DNA of 50,804 nucleotides from Clostridiales bacterium (GTDB lineage Bacteria; Bacillota; Clostridia; Lachnospirales; WRAX01): NCBI GenBank assembly GCA_031271375.1, contig JAISVU010000175.1, positions 1 to 50,804 of the forward strand, read 5' to 3'. Shown piece by piece: positions 18,417 to 27,661 of this stretch (position 1 is its first letter; each line of letters starts with the position of its first letter). The notes under the pieces were generated by a model. It saw only the letters and a program-made list of their open reading frames with translations, ran no database searches and was not told where the DNA came from. The position numbers and the translations under genes were made by a program.

Positions 18417-19268
18417 TTATTTAATAGCCCCCTCCGTCATCCCCTTGATAATATACTTTTGGCAGAACAGATACACAATGACGATAGGCAACATCGCCAT
18501 CAGCGCCGCCAATAAGATCAAATCCCATTTCTTCACGAACGACCCCGCGAAGTTCTGCACCGCCAGCGGCAGCGTCTGCACCTGCTTGCCGATGTTTAAT
18601 ATCATCAGCGGCAGCAAGTAGTCGTTCCATATCCATATCCCGTTCAATATCAGCACGGTAACGGTTATCGGTTTAAGCAGCGGCAGTATTATCAAGAAGA
18701 ACGTCCTGGGGCGGGAGCAGCCGTCGATATGGGCCGCTTCCTCCAGCTCCATCGGGATGGACTTTACAAAGCCGTGATACATAAATATCGACAGCGGCGC
18801 GCCGAAGCCGATATAGGCGAAGATAAGGCCCTGCGGCGTGTTGAGGAGCGGTATGCCCGTAACCTGGGCGACATCCCGGAACCAGGCCACCAGCGGCAGC
18901 ATGACGATCTGGAACGGTATCACCATCGCCGCGACAAACATCATAAAGATATAGCTCGATATCTTTGTCTTTGTACGCGCGAGAACCCAGGCTGCCATAG
19001 ACGAGGTAAGGAGAATAAACGCCACCGACAGCACCGTTATCAGCACCGAATACATAAATGATTCCATGTAACGGATGTTTGGGCTGGTCCAGATGGTTTT
19101 CAGGTTTTCAAAAAAATGTGAAAAACTCCCTGAAAACGCGATGGGGTTCGCGGTTATCTCATATGACGTTTTGCCCACGTTCAAGAGTATTATGATAAAT
19201 GGGAACATGAACAGCAAAAATAACAATGTCGCCGAGGACTGGCGCAGGACAGCCTTGAACGCCTTCAC
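18417..19268 (-). CDS. Carbohydrate ABC transporter permease (MalG/BPD_transp_1 type)
   Basis: It has six TM helices and the EAA loop EEAAHIDGCSRPRTFFLIILPLLKP. Confidence 0.85.
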   Translation of the reverse strand: MKAFKAVLRQSSATLLFLLFMFPFIIILLNVGKTSYEITANPIAFSGSFSHFFENLKTIWTSPNIRYMESFMYSVLITVLSVAFILLTSSMAAWVLARTKTKISSYIFMMFVAAMVIPFQIVMLPLVAWFRDVAQVTGIPLLNTPQGLIFAYIGFGAPLSIFMYHGFVKSIPMELEEAAHIDGCSRPRTFFLIILPLLKPITVTVLILNGIWIWNDYLLPLMILNIGKQVQTLPLAVQNFAGSFVKKWDLILLAALMAMLPIVIVYLFCQKYIIKGMTEGAIK

Positions 19269-20164
19269 AGCTCCACCTCCCGCTTTTTGTTGAAATACAC
19301 CTGAATCAGCGAAACCCCGGTCAGCACGATAAAGAAGATAACAGACCGCGCCTGCGCCGAATATAACCTGTTGTATGTAAACGCTTCCTTATAGATATTC
19401 AATGCCAGCAAATCCGTTGAGTTGACGGTCATGTCCATGAACGTCTTGGGCGGGCCGCCGTTCGTGAGCGAGACGTTGACGTCGAACTGCTTAAACGAGT
19501 TGACCAGCGTAAGGAACGACGCTATCGTAAAGGCCGGGGCGATCATCGGGAACAGGATATGCCGCAGCCGCTGGAAATACGTCGCCCCGTCGATCTGCGC
19601 GGCCTCAAGGAGCGAATCCGACACGTTTTGAATCCCGGCGATGTAGATCATCATTATGTACCCCGCGTACTGCCAGGTGCTGACGACGACGATGCTGCCC
19701 AGCGCCTGGTTGGGCTTCGCCAGCGGCATCAGGTTCCTGAGCCACTCAATCCCCATTACCGACCCCGTGGAAGGCAGCACGGTGTTGAGGATGAATTGCC
19801 ACAGAAACCCTAAAACAAGGCCCCCGATAAGGTTTGGGATAAAGAACCCGGAACGGTAGAAGTTCGCGCCTTTGAGCTTCCCGGTAACTAAAAGCGCCAG
19901 CGCGAAGGCCACCACGTTCACGGCGACGATATTCAACAGCGCGTACATCGTGGTTATGTAGAACGAGTGCAGGAACCGGGGGTTCGAGAACACCTCGCGG
20001 TAGTTGGAAATCCCCACCCAGTTGATATTCATGCTGACGGCGTTCCAGTCCGTGAACGAATAATACACGCCCAGGATAAACGGGATGATCATCACCATCA
20101 CGAACGCGAACAGGCAGGGGGCCACGAACAGCCAGAAAACGGGTTTATTCTTGTAGGTTGACAT
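19265..20164 (-). CDS. Carbohydrate ABC transporter permease (MalF type)
   Basis: It has the EAA loop LEAAQIDGATYFQRLRHILFPMIAP. Its stop overlaps the downstream permease start. Confidence 0.85.
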   Translation of the reverse strand: MSTYKNKPVFWLFVAPCLFAFVMVMIIPFILGVYYSFTDWNAVSMNINWVGISNYREVFSNPRFLHSFYITTMYALLNIVAVNVVAFALALLVTGKLKGANFYRSGFFIPNLIGGLVLGFLWQFILNTVLPSTGSVMGIEWLRNLMPLAKPNQALGSIVVVSTWQYAGYIMMIYIAGIQNVSDSLLEAAQIDGATYFQRLRHILFPMIAPAFTIASFLTLVNSFKQFDVNVSLTNGGPPKTFMDMTVNSTDLLALNIYKEAFTYNRLYSAQARSVIFFIVLTGVSLIQVYFNKKREVEL

Positions 20165-20192
20165 ATTACCGACCCCTCTTGTTATACATTAA

Positions 20193-20744
20193 TCATAGCT
20201 CATACTCCGCAACCTCGCAGTTATCCAATGTAAATCCGTGCATATCCTCATACGCAAGATTGTTAATTATCCTATTTATAACCCGGGCCGTGAAGCCATG
20301 ACACACCAGCAGCGCCTTTTTACCAGTATATTCTTCTTTTAGCCGTCTTAGAGCCACCGAAACCCTGGTATTTACCTGCCTAATCGTCTCCCCGCCGTCG
20401 GGAGCGTCGTCAACCGCGCGGGTGCTGCGTCTTTCCCATACCTGGGGATACCGCTCCATTGCCTCTTTACGCGTCAGGCCTTCAAAAACGCCTATATTCC
20501 GCTCATTGAAGCCTTCCATCGCTATGACGCCCAAATTATGATATTCATTGATTATATCGGCGGTCTGCCTCGCGCGTGCCAGCGCCGACGATATAATAAC
20601 GTCAAAGGCCGTATCCTTCAGCTTAACGGCAAGCTCCCGCGCCTGCCTGACGCCTGTTTCACTGAGCGGAACGTCCGTGCTGCCGGCATACCTGCCTTCG
20701 GCATTATATGTGGATTCGCCGTGCCGCGTGAGGAATAGGCGCAT
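20193..20744 (-). CDS. Histidine phosphatase family protein (phosphoglycerate mutase-like)
   Basis: It has the RHG motif LTRHGESTYN, a second catalytic His in LLVCHG, and an AGGAGG RBS. Its GC content resembles the backbone. Confidence 0.8.
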   Translation of the reverse strand: MRLFLTRHGESTYNAEGRYAGSTDVPLSETGVRQARELAVKLKDTAFDVIISSALARARQTADIINEYHNLGVIAMEGFNERNIGVFEGLTRKEAMERYPQVWERRSTRAVDDAPDGGETIRQVNTRVSVALRRLKEEYTGKKALLVCHGFTARVINRIINNLAYEDMHGFTLDNCEVAEYEL

Positions 20745-20804
20745 GTATGGCCTCCTGGGGATGAATTAACTAATACTGAAGAAAATGCTTATACTGCGTA
20801 ACCG

Positions 20805-21512
20805 CTACACTACAATATTGACAAGTAGTTTTTCAATATATTCAAATTCAACTATTCCCCTGCACTTATCATTGCCTCTGTCCTGCCGTACATTTATTAT
20901 TCTGCATTTCATAGGCGGCAGAAGAATCTCGTTTTTCATGCAAACGGGGCCAAGATCCAAAATAAGGCAGTTTTTAGGAATGTTGATCTCATATCTATAG
21001 AAATCACAACCCATTTCTTCTTCCGGCCCTGCGGCTTCTTCATAACCCAGATTAATAGACGTTGATGAAATATGCTTGAATGCTACTATATCATTAACGT
21101 TGTGGTTCAGGGCTTTTGTATATGGCCGCCGGGTACCGTTGTCAAGAAATATAATTCTGTAGAGCGTAATATCATTTTTCGTCGGTTTCATTGCGTTAAG
21201 AATATTCTCAATATCATTTTTAGCGATTTGAATAATCTCCGCTTTTGCTTTATTGTCAAGGTCATCCCATATCCGGCTTTTAAGCCATGCAATAGTTTTA
21301 TCGTTAAGCGGCGGCCGTTCTCCGTTATAATGCTCTCTAAGCACGTCTTTATTATCTTTAATCGCAATATTGGCGACTTCCCACATAGTATCCATATTAT
21401 CGTTTAGCAGGTTATTAATGATTAAAAAATCGTTTCTTGTATAGAAATAGAGAGTTTCTTCAAGTTTTGCATTAATTCTTGCGTCCGTCCAGTCAATACC
21501 TGTTTTATTCAT
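20805..21512 (-). CDS. C3/VIP2-like mono-ADP-ribosyltransferase (R-S-E class), no signal peptide
   Basis: It has FYTRNDFLIINNLL (the Y-x6-IN-x2-L helix), LYR (R119), ISSTSI (STS 150-152) and NEILLPP (E195; compare the Q/E-x-E-hLLP motif). A GGAGGT RBS lies upstream. The gene is AT-rich, with 19 G+C in the 60 nt at 21181-21240. Confidence 0.6.
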   Translation of the reverse strand: MNKTGIDWTDARINAKLEETLYFYTRNDFLIINNLLNDNMDTMWEVANIAIKDNKDVLREHYNGERPPLNDKTIAWLKSRIWDDLDNKAKAEIIQIAKNDIENILNAMKPTKNDITLYRIIFLDNGTRRPYTKALNHNVNDIVAFKHISSTSINLGYEEAAGPEEEMGCDFYRYEINIPKNCLILDLGPVCMKNEILLPPMKCRIINVRQDRGNDKCRGIVEFEYIEKLLVNIVV

Positions 21513-21700
21513 TTTTACCTCCGAAAATTATTAATTATGTACGCTTATAGCCTGTTGCTGCGATATGTCATCCTGAGCGTTCATAACGATATTGACTTGA
21601 TGAGTGGTTCGATAGCGAAGGATCTTTCTTTTCGGGCTTCCGTATAAGCAAGTAAGAACCGGGCGGCTGGCAGCCGCCCCTACGAGCACATTTTAAAACC

Positions 21701-21724
21701 AGGGAGGGATAGCAGCCCCTCCCT
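21701..21724 (-). terminator. Hairpin plus T-tract downstream of the sugar-binding protein gene
   Basis: On the minus strand the hairpin reads AGGGAGGG-gctgctat-CCCTCCCT, followed by GGTTTTAAAA. Confidence 0.45.
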
Positions 21725-21746
21725 AAGCTTCAAATCATAACAACAC

Positions 21747-23027
21747 TTATTGCTTCAGCGTCGCAACCTCCGCCGCTATCCTGGCGCAGAACTCCGCTTC
21801 GTCGATATCGCCGTTGGCCAGCTGGGTGAAGATCGGGCCGAGGGTATCCATGCCGAAGCCGTCCGGCATACGGTACTGCTGCCAGTTATATATTTTTCCC
21901 GCGGCGACCCACTCCAGCATGGACTGGGACAGCTGCCCGCTGGGCAGAAGCTCCACCGAATCAAAGGCAGGCACCATACCGGCCTGGTTTACCATGTAAT
22001 CATGGCCGTTCGGGTTGCTTGCGAGGTAGGCGAGGAAATCCTTCGCAGCGTCGGCGTTGGGGGCCAGGTTGTTTACAACGTACCACGACGGGGCGGCGAC
22101 GAATATGCCGTCGGTGTCCTCATCCAAATACGGATGAGGCGCGAAGGCCACGTCGAAGTCCATCCCCGCGCCGTAGAGGTTCGGCTCGGCCCAGTTGCCC
22201 TGGTGGATGAAGGCCGTCTTCTGCTGAACAAAGGCGTTGATCTGGTCGTCATATGTACCGGCGAGCAGCACGCGCTGGTCGGAATACTTGAAGAGCATGT
22301 TGACGTAGCGGGCGTAAGCCGCGAGGCGGTCCTCGTCCACTTCGCCGTTCATCATCAGGTCGGCCACCGAATAATCGTCATACGCGAGGCCGTTGGTGAG
22401 GTAGGTGTTCCAGTTGTGCAGGCCCGTAACCCAGGTCATGCCGCCGCTGGCGGGGAACGAGATAACGGCGTCCAGGCCCAGCTCGTCCTTCATTGAATCA
22501 ATCTTCGCGAAGGCGGCCTCGACGGCGGCGTAGTTGACAAGCGTCGCGGGGTCGATTTCGGCCTGTTCAAGGACGGCCATGTTGTAAGCAAGGCCGTAGC
22601 CCTCGATGGAGACGGGGAAGCCCATAACCTTGCCCTCGTGTATGTACTCAAGGGTGGTGTCTTCTACCCAGGGCTGGTCGCTCAGGTCTGTAAGGCGGTC
22701 GTTATAGTCCGCGAAGCCGGACGGGCCTTCAAGCACGAATATCTCGGGCTCGGTGCCGCCCTGCATGTCGGCCTTGAGGGACACTGAATAGCTCACATCG
22801 CCGCCGGCGGTGCGGACATTCACGCGCACGCCTGTCTCGGCTTCGTAGGTGGCGGCGAAGGCCTTCAGCGCCTCGTCGATCTCAACCTTGTTGTTGTAGA
22901 TCGTGATCTCCGTTACATCGGAAGCGGCGGAACCGCCCTCGGCGCCGTCGTCGCTCACGCAGCCGAACATAATCCCGGCGGACAGGACGCAGGCCAGGGC
23001 CAGCGCAAGGATTTTAATCAGTTTCAT
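21747..23027 (-). CDS. Extracellular sugar-binding lipoprotein of the ABC transporter
   Basis: It has a lipoprotein signal peptide with the lipobox IMFGC and a family-1 solute-binding fold length of 426 aa. It is transcribed divergently from the GH65 gene. Confidence 0.85.
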   Translation of the reverse strand: MKLIKILALALACVLSAGIMFGCVSDDGAEGGSAASDVTEITIYNNKVEIDEALKAFAATYEAETGVRVNVRTAGGDVSYSVSLKADMQGGTEPEIFVLEGPSGFADYNDRLTDLSDQPWVEDTTLEYIHEGKVMGFPVSIEGYGLAYNMAVLEQAEIDPATLVNYAAVEAAFAKIDSMKDELGLDAVISFPASGGMTWVTGLHNWNTYLTNGLAYDDYSVADLMMNGEVDEDRLAAYARYVNMLFKYSDQRVLLAGTYDDQINAFVQQKTAFIHQGNWAEPNLYGAGMDFDVAFAPHPYLDEDTDGIFVAAPSWYVVNNLAPNADAAKDFLAYLASNPNGHDYMVNQAGMVPAFDSVELLPSGQLSQSMLEWVAAGKIYNWQQYRMPDGFGMDTLGPIFTQLANGDIDEAEFCARIAAEVATLKQ

Positions 23028-23165
23028 AAAAAGACTCCTTTAATTTGTGTTTCTTTAACTATTATAATACAGCTTTATCCATCAGTCAATAATAATCAAT
23101 TCCATCCTGCTGAAAAAAACTGTTGTAATCCGCGGGAGATTGTGTATACTGCATAAGAGAGAGGA

Positions 23166-25325
23166 ATGATGAAGATGAAATATACCGTCGAGGGCTTCGA
23201 CCGCGACAAGCTCCTGCTCCATGAGACGTTGTTCCATAACGCCAACGGGTATCTGGGCGTCCGCTCCTGCTTCGAGGAGGGTTATCCCGAGGGCACGGAC
23301 AGTATCCGGGGCATGTACATAAACGGCGTCTATAATACTGTGGATATGCCGCAGCCCGAGGCGTTCTTCGGCTTCGCCACGGAGAAGGAAGTTCTGGTAA
23401 ACATAGCCGACCCCCAATCCATAGACTTGATGCTGGGCAAGGAAAACCTTTGTGTTTTTTGTGATCTTTGCGGTGAAATCATTTCATTTAAACGCGAATT
23501 GGACATGGACGCGGGGACGGCGGCGCGCCGGGTACACTGGCGCTCGAAGAAGGGGAAGGAGATAATCCTTACCGTAACGCGGATGGCCTCGTTCGCCAGG
23601 CGCTCCCTGTTCACGATCGAGTACGCAGTAACCTCGGTAAACTTCACCGGGGAGTTGCGCTTAACCTCCGGGCATACGCACCAAGTAACCAACCACGGCA
23701 GCCCCGGCGACCCCAGGGTGGCCGATAAGCCTCTCGGTCACTGGGGCCGCTCGGTTAATTACATAAGCGAACCCGAACGCGGCAGCACGGCCGTTTCCAC
23801 CGCGTCACGCTCGGGCATAACCGTATGCACCGCGGTACGCCATAAGGTGAACGGCTTATATTGGGACGGGCACGATTTTACCGCGCAGATGAAGCCGGGT
23901 ATGACCGTCACGCTGGAAAAGTACGTCGTCGCGTCGGATTCCAGGCGCGGCTCAAGGCCGATGATCCGCGCCGACAACGAGATGAAGAAGGTACTGAGCC
24001 GCCCGCTGCCGGAGCATTATAAAGCCCAGAAGGCCTTCTTAACAAAGTTCTGGAAGACGGCGGCGGTGACAATCGAAGGAGACGCGGAAGCCGAGAGCTT
24101 CAACCTCGCGATGCGCTATAACCTGTACCAGCTGCTGCAGTCCGCGCCTGCCGACAGTTTATGCGGAATGGCGGCAAAGGGCCTCAGTGGCGAGGGCTAC
24201 GAGGGGCATTGCTTCTGGGACGGGGAGATGTTCGCGTTCCCTCCGCTGTTGCTGACGCAGCCGGAGACGGCGCTGACGATGCTGCGTTTCCGTCACGGAA
24301 CCTTGCCAAAGGCCCGCGAAAACGCGCGCCTGCTGGGCCATAAAAACAGCGCCCTCTTCCCCTGGCGCACAATCAGCGGGGCCGAGAGCTCGGGATACTT
24401 CCCCGCAGGGACGGCGCAGTACCATATTAATGGCGATATCGCCTACGCCGTCGTCCAATACTATTTCGCCACAGGAGACATGGACTTCATGCGCAAAGCG
24501 GGGCTTGAGCTGCTTTTGGAGATATGCCGCCTCTGGCTTGACCTCGGGCATTATCATAACGGGCGGTTTGTGATAAACGGCGTCACCGGGCCGGACGAAT
24601 ACACCTGCATGGTCAATAATAACTATTACACCAACGCCCTCGCAAAGCATAACCTGTCATGGACGGTACATATAGCGCGAAAAATGGGTTACACCCATCC
24701 TGAACTAGAAGACTTTAAACGCGCCGCCGAGGCGATGTACCTGCCGTATGACGCGGTTCTGGGCATCAATCCCCAGGACGATTCCTTCCTGCAAAAGCCG
24801 CTGTGGGACATAGACGGCACCCCGGAATCCCGTTTCCCGCTGCTGCTGCATTATCACCCGATGCAGCTGTTCCGGCATCAGGTCTGTAAGCAGGCCGATG
24901 TGGTGATGTCGCATTTTATCCTGGAAGAATACGCGGATAAGGATGCCATTGAGAAATCCTTCTTATATTACGAAAAGATAACCACGCATGACTCGTCCCT
25001 ATCAAAGCCCATATTCTGCGCCGTCGCCGCCAGGCTGGGCCTTATGGACAAGGCCTTATCCTACTTCCGCGATTCCGTAAGCCTGGACCTTAACGACACC
25101 CATAGCAACAGCGCCGACGGTATCCACACCGCAAACTCCGGCGGGGCGTACATTGCGCTTATCTACGGCTTCGCGGGCCTGCGCCTCACCGAAGACGGCG
25201 TCAGCTTCACGCCCCATCTGCCGGAGGGCTGGAACCGCCTGTCGTTCACGGTTATCCATAAAGGTAAAACAATCCCCGTCCGCATAGAGCGGGACGGGGA
25301 GGGATATCAAGTAAGTATGGGATAA
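23166..25325 (+). CDS. Glycoside hydrolase family 65 disaccharide phosphorylase (maltose/kojibiose/trehalose phosphorylase type)
   Basis: GH65 signatures are present: GYEGHCFWDGEMF, INGVTGPDEYT..NNNYYTN, KQADVVM and DTHSNSADGIHTAN. Confidence 0.85.
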   Translation: MMKMKYTVEGFDRDKLLLHETLFHNANGYLGVRSCFEEGYPEGTDSIRGMYINGVYNTVDMPQPEAFFGFATEKEVLVNIADPQSIDLMLGKENLCVFCDLCGEIISFKRELDMDAGTAARRVHWRSKKGKEIILTVTRMASFARRSLFTIEYAVTSVNFTGELRLTSGHTHQVTNHGSPGDPRVADKPLGHWGRSVNYISEPERGSTAVSTASRSGITVCTAVRHKVNGLYWDGHDFTAQMKPGMTVTLEKYVVASDSRRGSRPMIRADNEMKKVLSRPLPEHYKAQKAFLTKFWKTAAVTIEGDAEAESFNLAMRYNLYQLLQSAPADSLCGMAAKGLSGEGYEGHCFWDGEMFAFPPLLLTQPETALTMLRFRHGTLPKARENARLLGHKNSALFPWRTISGAESSGYFPAGTAQYHINGDIAYAVVQYYFATGDMDFMRKAGLELLLEICRLWLDLGHYHNGRFVINGVTGPDEYTCMVNNNYYTNALAKHNLSWTVHIARKMGYTHPELEDFKRAAEAMYLPYDAVLGINPQDDSFLQKPLWDIDGTPESRFPLLLHYHPMQLFRHQVCKQADVVMSHFILEEYADKDAIEKSFLYYEKITTHDSSLSKPIFCAVAARLGLMDKALSYFRDSVSLDLNDTHSNSADGIHTANSGGAYIALIYGFAGLRLTEDGVSFTPHLPEGWNRLSFTVIHKGKTIPVRIERDGEGYQVSMG

Positions 25326-25419
25326 CAGATAGAGTATCTATGAATGAAAAAAGTTCCGCATTTTATTGGTTAATCTATGCTATAATTATTCTATGGATAA
25401 TGATGGGAGTGATTGATCC

Positions 25420-26805
25420 ATGCCGATAATAGCAGCCTACGCAATGCCGCACCCGCCCCTGGCTGTTCCGGGCATTAGCCCCAAAGAGAGCGGGATACCA
25501 AAAACCCTGACAGCTTATGACGAAGCCGCGCGGCAGATCGCGGAGCTGGCCCCCGAAACCATAGTGTTTATAACCCCCCACAACGTCCTGTATTCGGATT
25601 ACTTTCACATTTCACCGGGGAAGTCGGCTGCGGGCGACATGGCCCGCTTTGACGCCGAGGAAGTGCGGCTCGAAGCCCAATATGACGAGGAATTCGCGGG
25701 CGAGATTGCGAAGCTGGCCGGCGAGTGCGGCCTCAGGGCCGGCCTTGAGGGGGAGAAGGACAGCGCGCTGGATCACGGGGTCTTTGTGCCGATGTGGTTC
25801 ATCAACCGGCGTTACAGCGCGTATAAGGCGGTGCGCGTGTGCCAGTCCGGGATGGAGCCTGCGGAGCATTACCGCCTGGGGCGGCTGATAGCGCAGGCCG
25901 CCGAGAACACGGGCCGCAAAACCGTGATGATTGCCAGCGGCGACCTGTCGCACAAGCTGACGAAGGACAGCCCTTACGGGCATTCGCCGCAAGGCCCGGC
26001 CTTCGACAAGGCTGTTACCGACGCCTTTGACGCGGCGGATTTCCTCTCCCTCTTCAACATCCCGCTGGAAACACGCGAGGCGGCGGCAGAGTGCGGCTAC
26101 AACTCGTTTATCACGCTGGCAGGCTGTTTTGACGGGCAAGCCGTTACGGGCAAGCTGTTGTCATACGAAGGGCCTTACGGCGTGGGCTATGCCATAGCTT
26201 CGTTTATCCCGGGCAAGCCGGACGCGGACCGCTACGTCTTAAACCAGTACGAAACCGTGACCTTCGACGCCGCGAGGAAGTCCCAGGAGACCGAAGACCC
26301 CTGGCAGCTCCTTGCGAGGCAGTCTCTGGAATGCGCCGTTTTGAACAACCGCCAGCTGGAGATGCCCGACGGTCTGCCGGATGAACTTACAAACAGCAAG
26401 GCCGGGGTATTCGTATCCCTGCATAAAAACGGGCGGCTGAGGGGCTGTATCGGCACGATAACGCCTACCACAACCAGCGTCGCCGCCGAGATCATCCAGA
26501 ACGCCGTGTCCTCCGGCCTCCATGACGACCGCTTCGATCCCGTGAACGTCTCGGAGCTGCCGTTCATTACCTACAAGGTCGACGTCCTGTTCCCCCGCGA
26601 ATACTGCGCGGGGCCGGAAGACCTGGACGTCAGGCAATACGGCGTCATCGTGTACAACGGCAATAAACGCGGCCTGCTCCTGCCCAACCTGGAAGGCGTG
26701 GACACCGTGGAGGATCAGCTGCGCATAGCGAAGCAGAAGGCGGGCATCCCGCTGAACGCCCCTGTTAAGCTGGAACGCTTCCGGGTCGTCCGGCATGAGG
26801 GATGA
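25420..26805 (+). CDS. Fusion protein: LigB/Memo-like class III extradiol dioxygenase fold + AMMECR1 domain (AmmeMemoRadiSam system component)
   Basis: The N-terminal ~270 aa contain AMPHPP, ITPH and SGDLSHK. The C-terminal ~180 aa contain the AMMECR1 signature GVFVSLHKNGRLRGCIG and KRGLLLP. Confidence 0.7.
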   Translation: MPIIAAYAMPHPPLAVPGISPKESGIPKTLTAYDEAARQIAELAPETIVFITPHNVLYSDYFHISPGKSAAGDMARFDAEEVRLEAQYDEEFAGEIAKLAGECGLRAGLEGEKDSALDHGVFVPMWFINRRYSAYKAVRVCQSGMEPAEHYRLGRLIAQAAENTGRKTVMIASGDLSHKLTKDSPYGHSPQGPAFDKAVTDAFDAADFLSLFNIPLETREAAAECGYNSFITLAGCFDGQAVTGKLLSYEGPYGVGYAIASFIPGKPDADRYVLNQYETVTFDAARKSQETEDPWQLLARQSLECAVLNNRQLEMPDGLPDELTNSKAGVFVSLHKNGRLRGCIGTITPTTTSVAAEIIQNAVSSGLHDDRFDPVNVSELPFITYKVDVLFPREYCAGPEDLDVRQYGVIVYNGNKRGLLLPNLEGVDTVEDQLRIAKQKAGIPLNAPVKLERFRVVRHEG

Positions 26806-27661
26806 CCGCATAGCGGCGTTTTGGGAAGCGCTGGAGGGCGGCGCGGTTTCATGCGCCCTCTGCCCCCACGGCTGTAAAATTTCTCCGGGCCTATCGGGCC
26901 TCTGCGGCGTTAGGCGCAACGATGGCGGGGCATTGACCGCCGCGGGCTACGGCCTTGTCTCCTCCGCCGCGCTGGACCCGATAGAGAAGAAGCCCCTGGC
27001 GCGGTACAAGCCGGGGGCCTTTGTCCTGTCCGTCGGCGGGATAGGCTGCAATATGCGCTGCCCCTATTGCCAAAACAGCGCGATTTCAATGGAATATAAC
27101 CCGCAAAACACGCAAGCCCTTCCCCCGGAGGGCTTTGCGAGGCTGGCTGTGAAATACAAACCCCAGGGGAACATCGGCGCGGCTTATACCTATAACGAGC
27201 CGTTTATTAACTATGAGTATCTGCTGGACTGCGCCGCGCTTGTTAAAGAAGTGGGGCTGGACAATGTCGTCGTGACCAACGGATTCATTAACCCGGAGCC
27301 TTTCGAGCGCATACTGCCCTATATAGACGCGATAAATATTGATTTAAAGGGCTTTACCGAAGACTTTTATAAAAAATTGGGCGGAAGCCTAGAACCGGTG
27401 AAGAAGACTATCGCCACGGCCGCGAAGCGCTGCCATGTTGAGATTGCCGCGCTGATAATCCTCGGCGAAAACGAAAACGACGCCGAAGCCCTGGCGGACT
27501 GGCTGGCGTCAATCGATCCTGCGATCCCGCTGCACCTTAACCGCTTCTTCCCCCGTTACAAGTACGCCGGGAGGGAGCCGACGCCGAGGGAGACTATTCT
27601 ACGGCTGGCGGAGATGGCGCGAGGGCGGCTGAAGTATGTGTATGCGGGGAATATGGGGTGA
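26795..27661 (+). CDS. AmmeMemoRadiSam-system radical SAM enzyme
   Basis: It has the CNMRCPYCQN (CxxxCxxC) cluster and an N-terminal extra Cys cluster, CALCPHGC. It overlaps the upstream gene by 11 nt. Confidence 0.8.
   Translation: MRDDRIAAFWEALEGGAVSCALCPHGCKISPGLSGLCGVRRNDGGALTAAGYGLVSSAALDPIEKKPLARYKPGAFVLSVGGIGCNMRCPYCQNSAISMEYNPQNTQALPPEGFARLAVKYKPQGNIGAAYTYNEPFINYEYLLDCAALVKEVGLDNVVVTNGFINPEPFERILPYIDAINIDLKGFTEDFYKKLGGSLEPVKKTIATAAKRCHVEIAALIILGENENDAEALADWLASIDPAIPLHLNRFFPRYKYAGREPTPRETILRLAEMARGRLKYVYAGNMG

Noticed and set aside
18351-18420. A tRNA-sized (70 nt) cloverleaf-like element whose central hairpin loop contains CTA, considered as a possible amber suppressor or tRNA-Pyl-like gene given the two in-frame TAGs
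   Set aside because: The central hairpin folds as a 7-bp stem with a 4-nt loop, with no 7-nt anticodon loop and no U33. The D-arm is only three A-T pairs without G18G19. The T-loop lacks TTCRA, there is no variable region or discriminator/CCA context, and the closing stem is 9 bp and overlaps a stop codon. It is better explained as a REP or terminator-like element. tRNAscan-SE would settle this.
20193-21512. The histidine phosphatase and ADP-ribosyltransferase as a toxin-immunity pair
   Set aside because: The phosphatase has backbone-like composition (35 G+C in the 60 nt at 20341-20400) while the ART is AT-rich. They are separated by a 60-nt spacer with separate RBSs, and I know of no precedent for PGAM-type immunity to R-S-E ARTs. 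The adjacency is most simply explained by the ART inserting next to a resident gene. The pairing remains testable by co-occurrence analysis.
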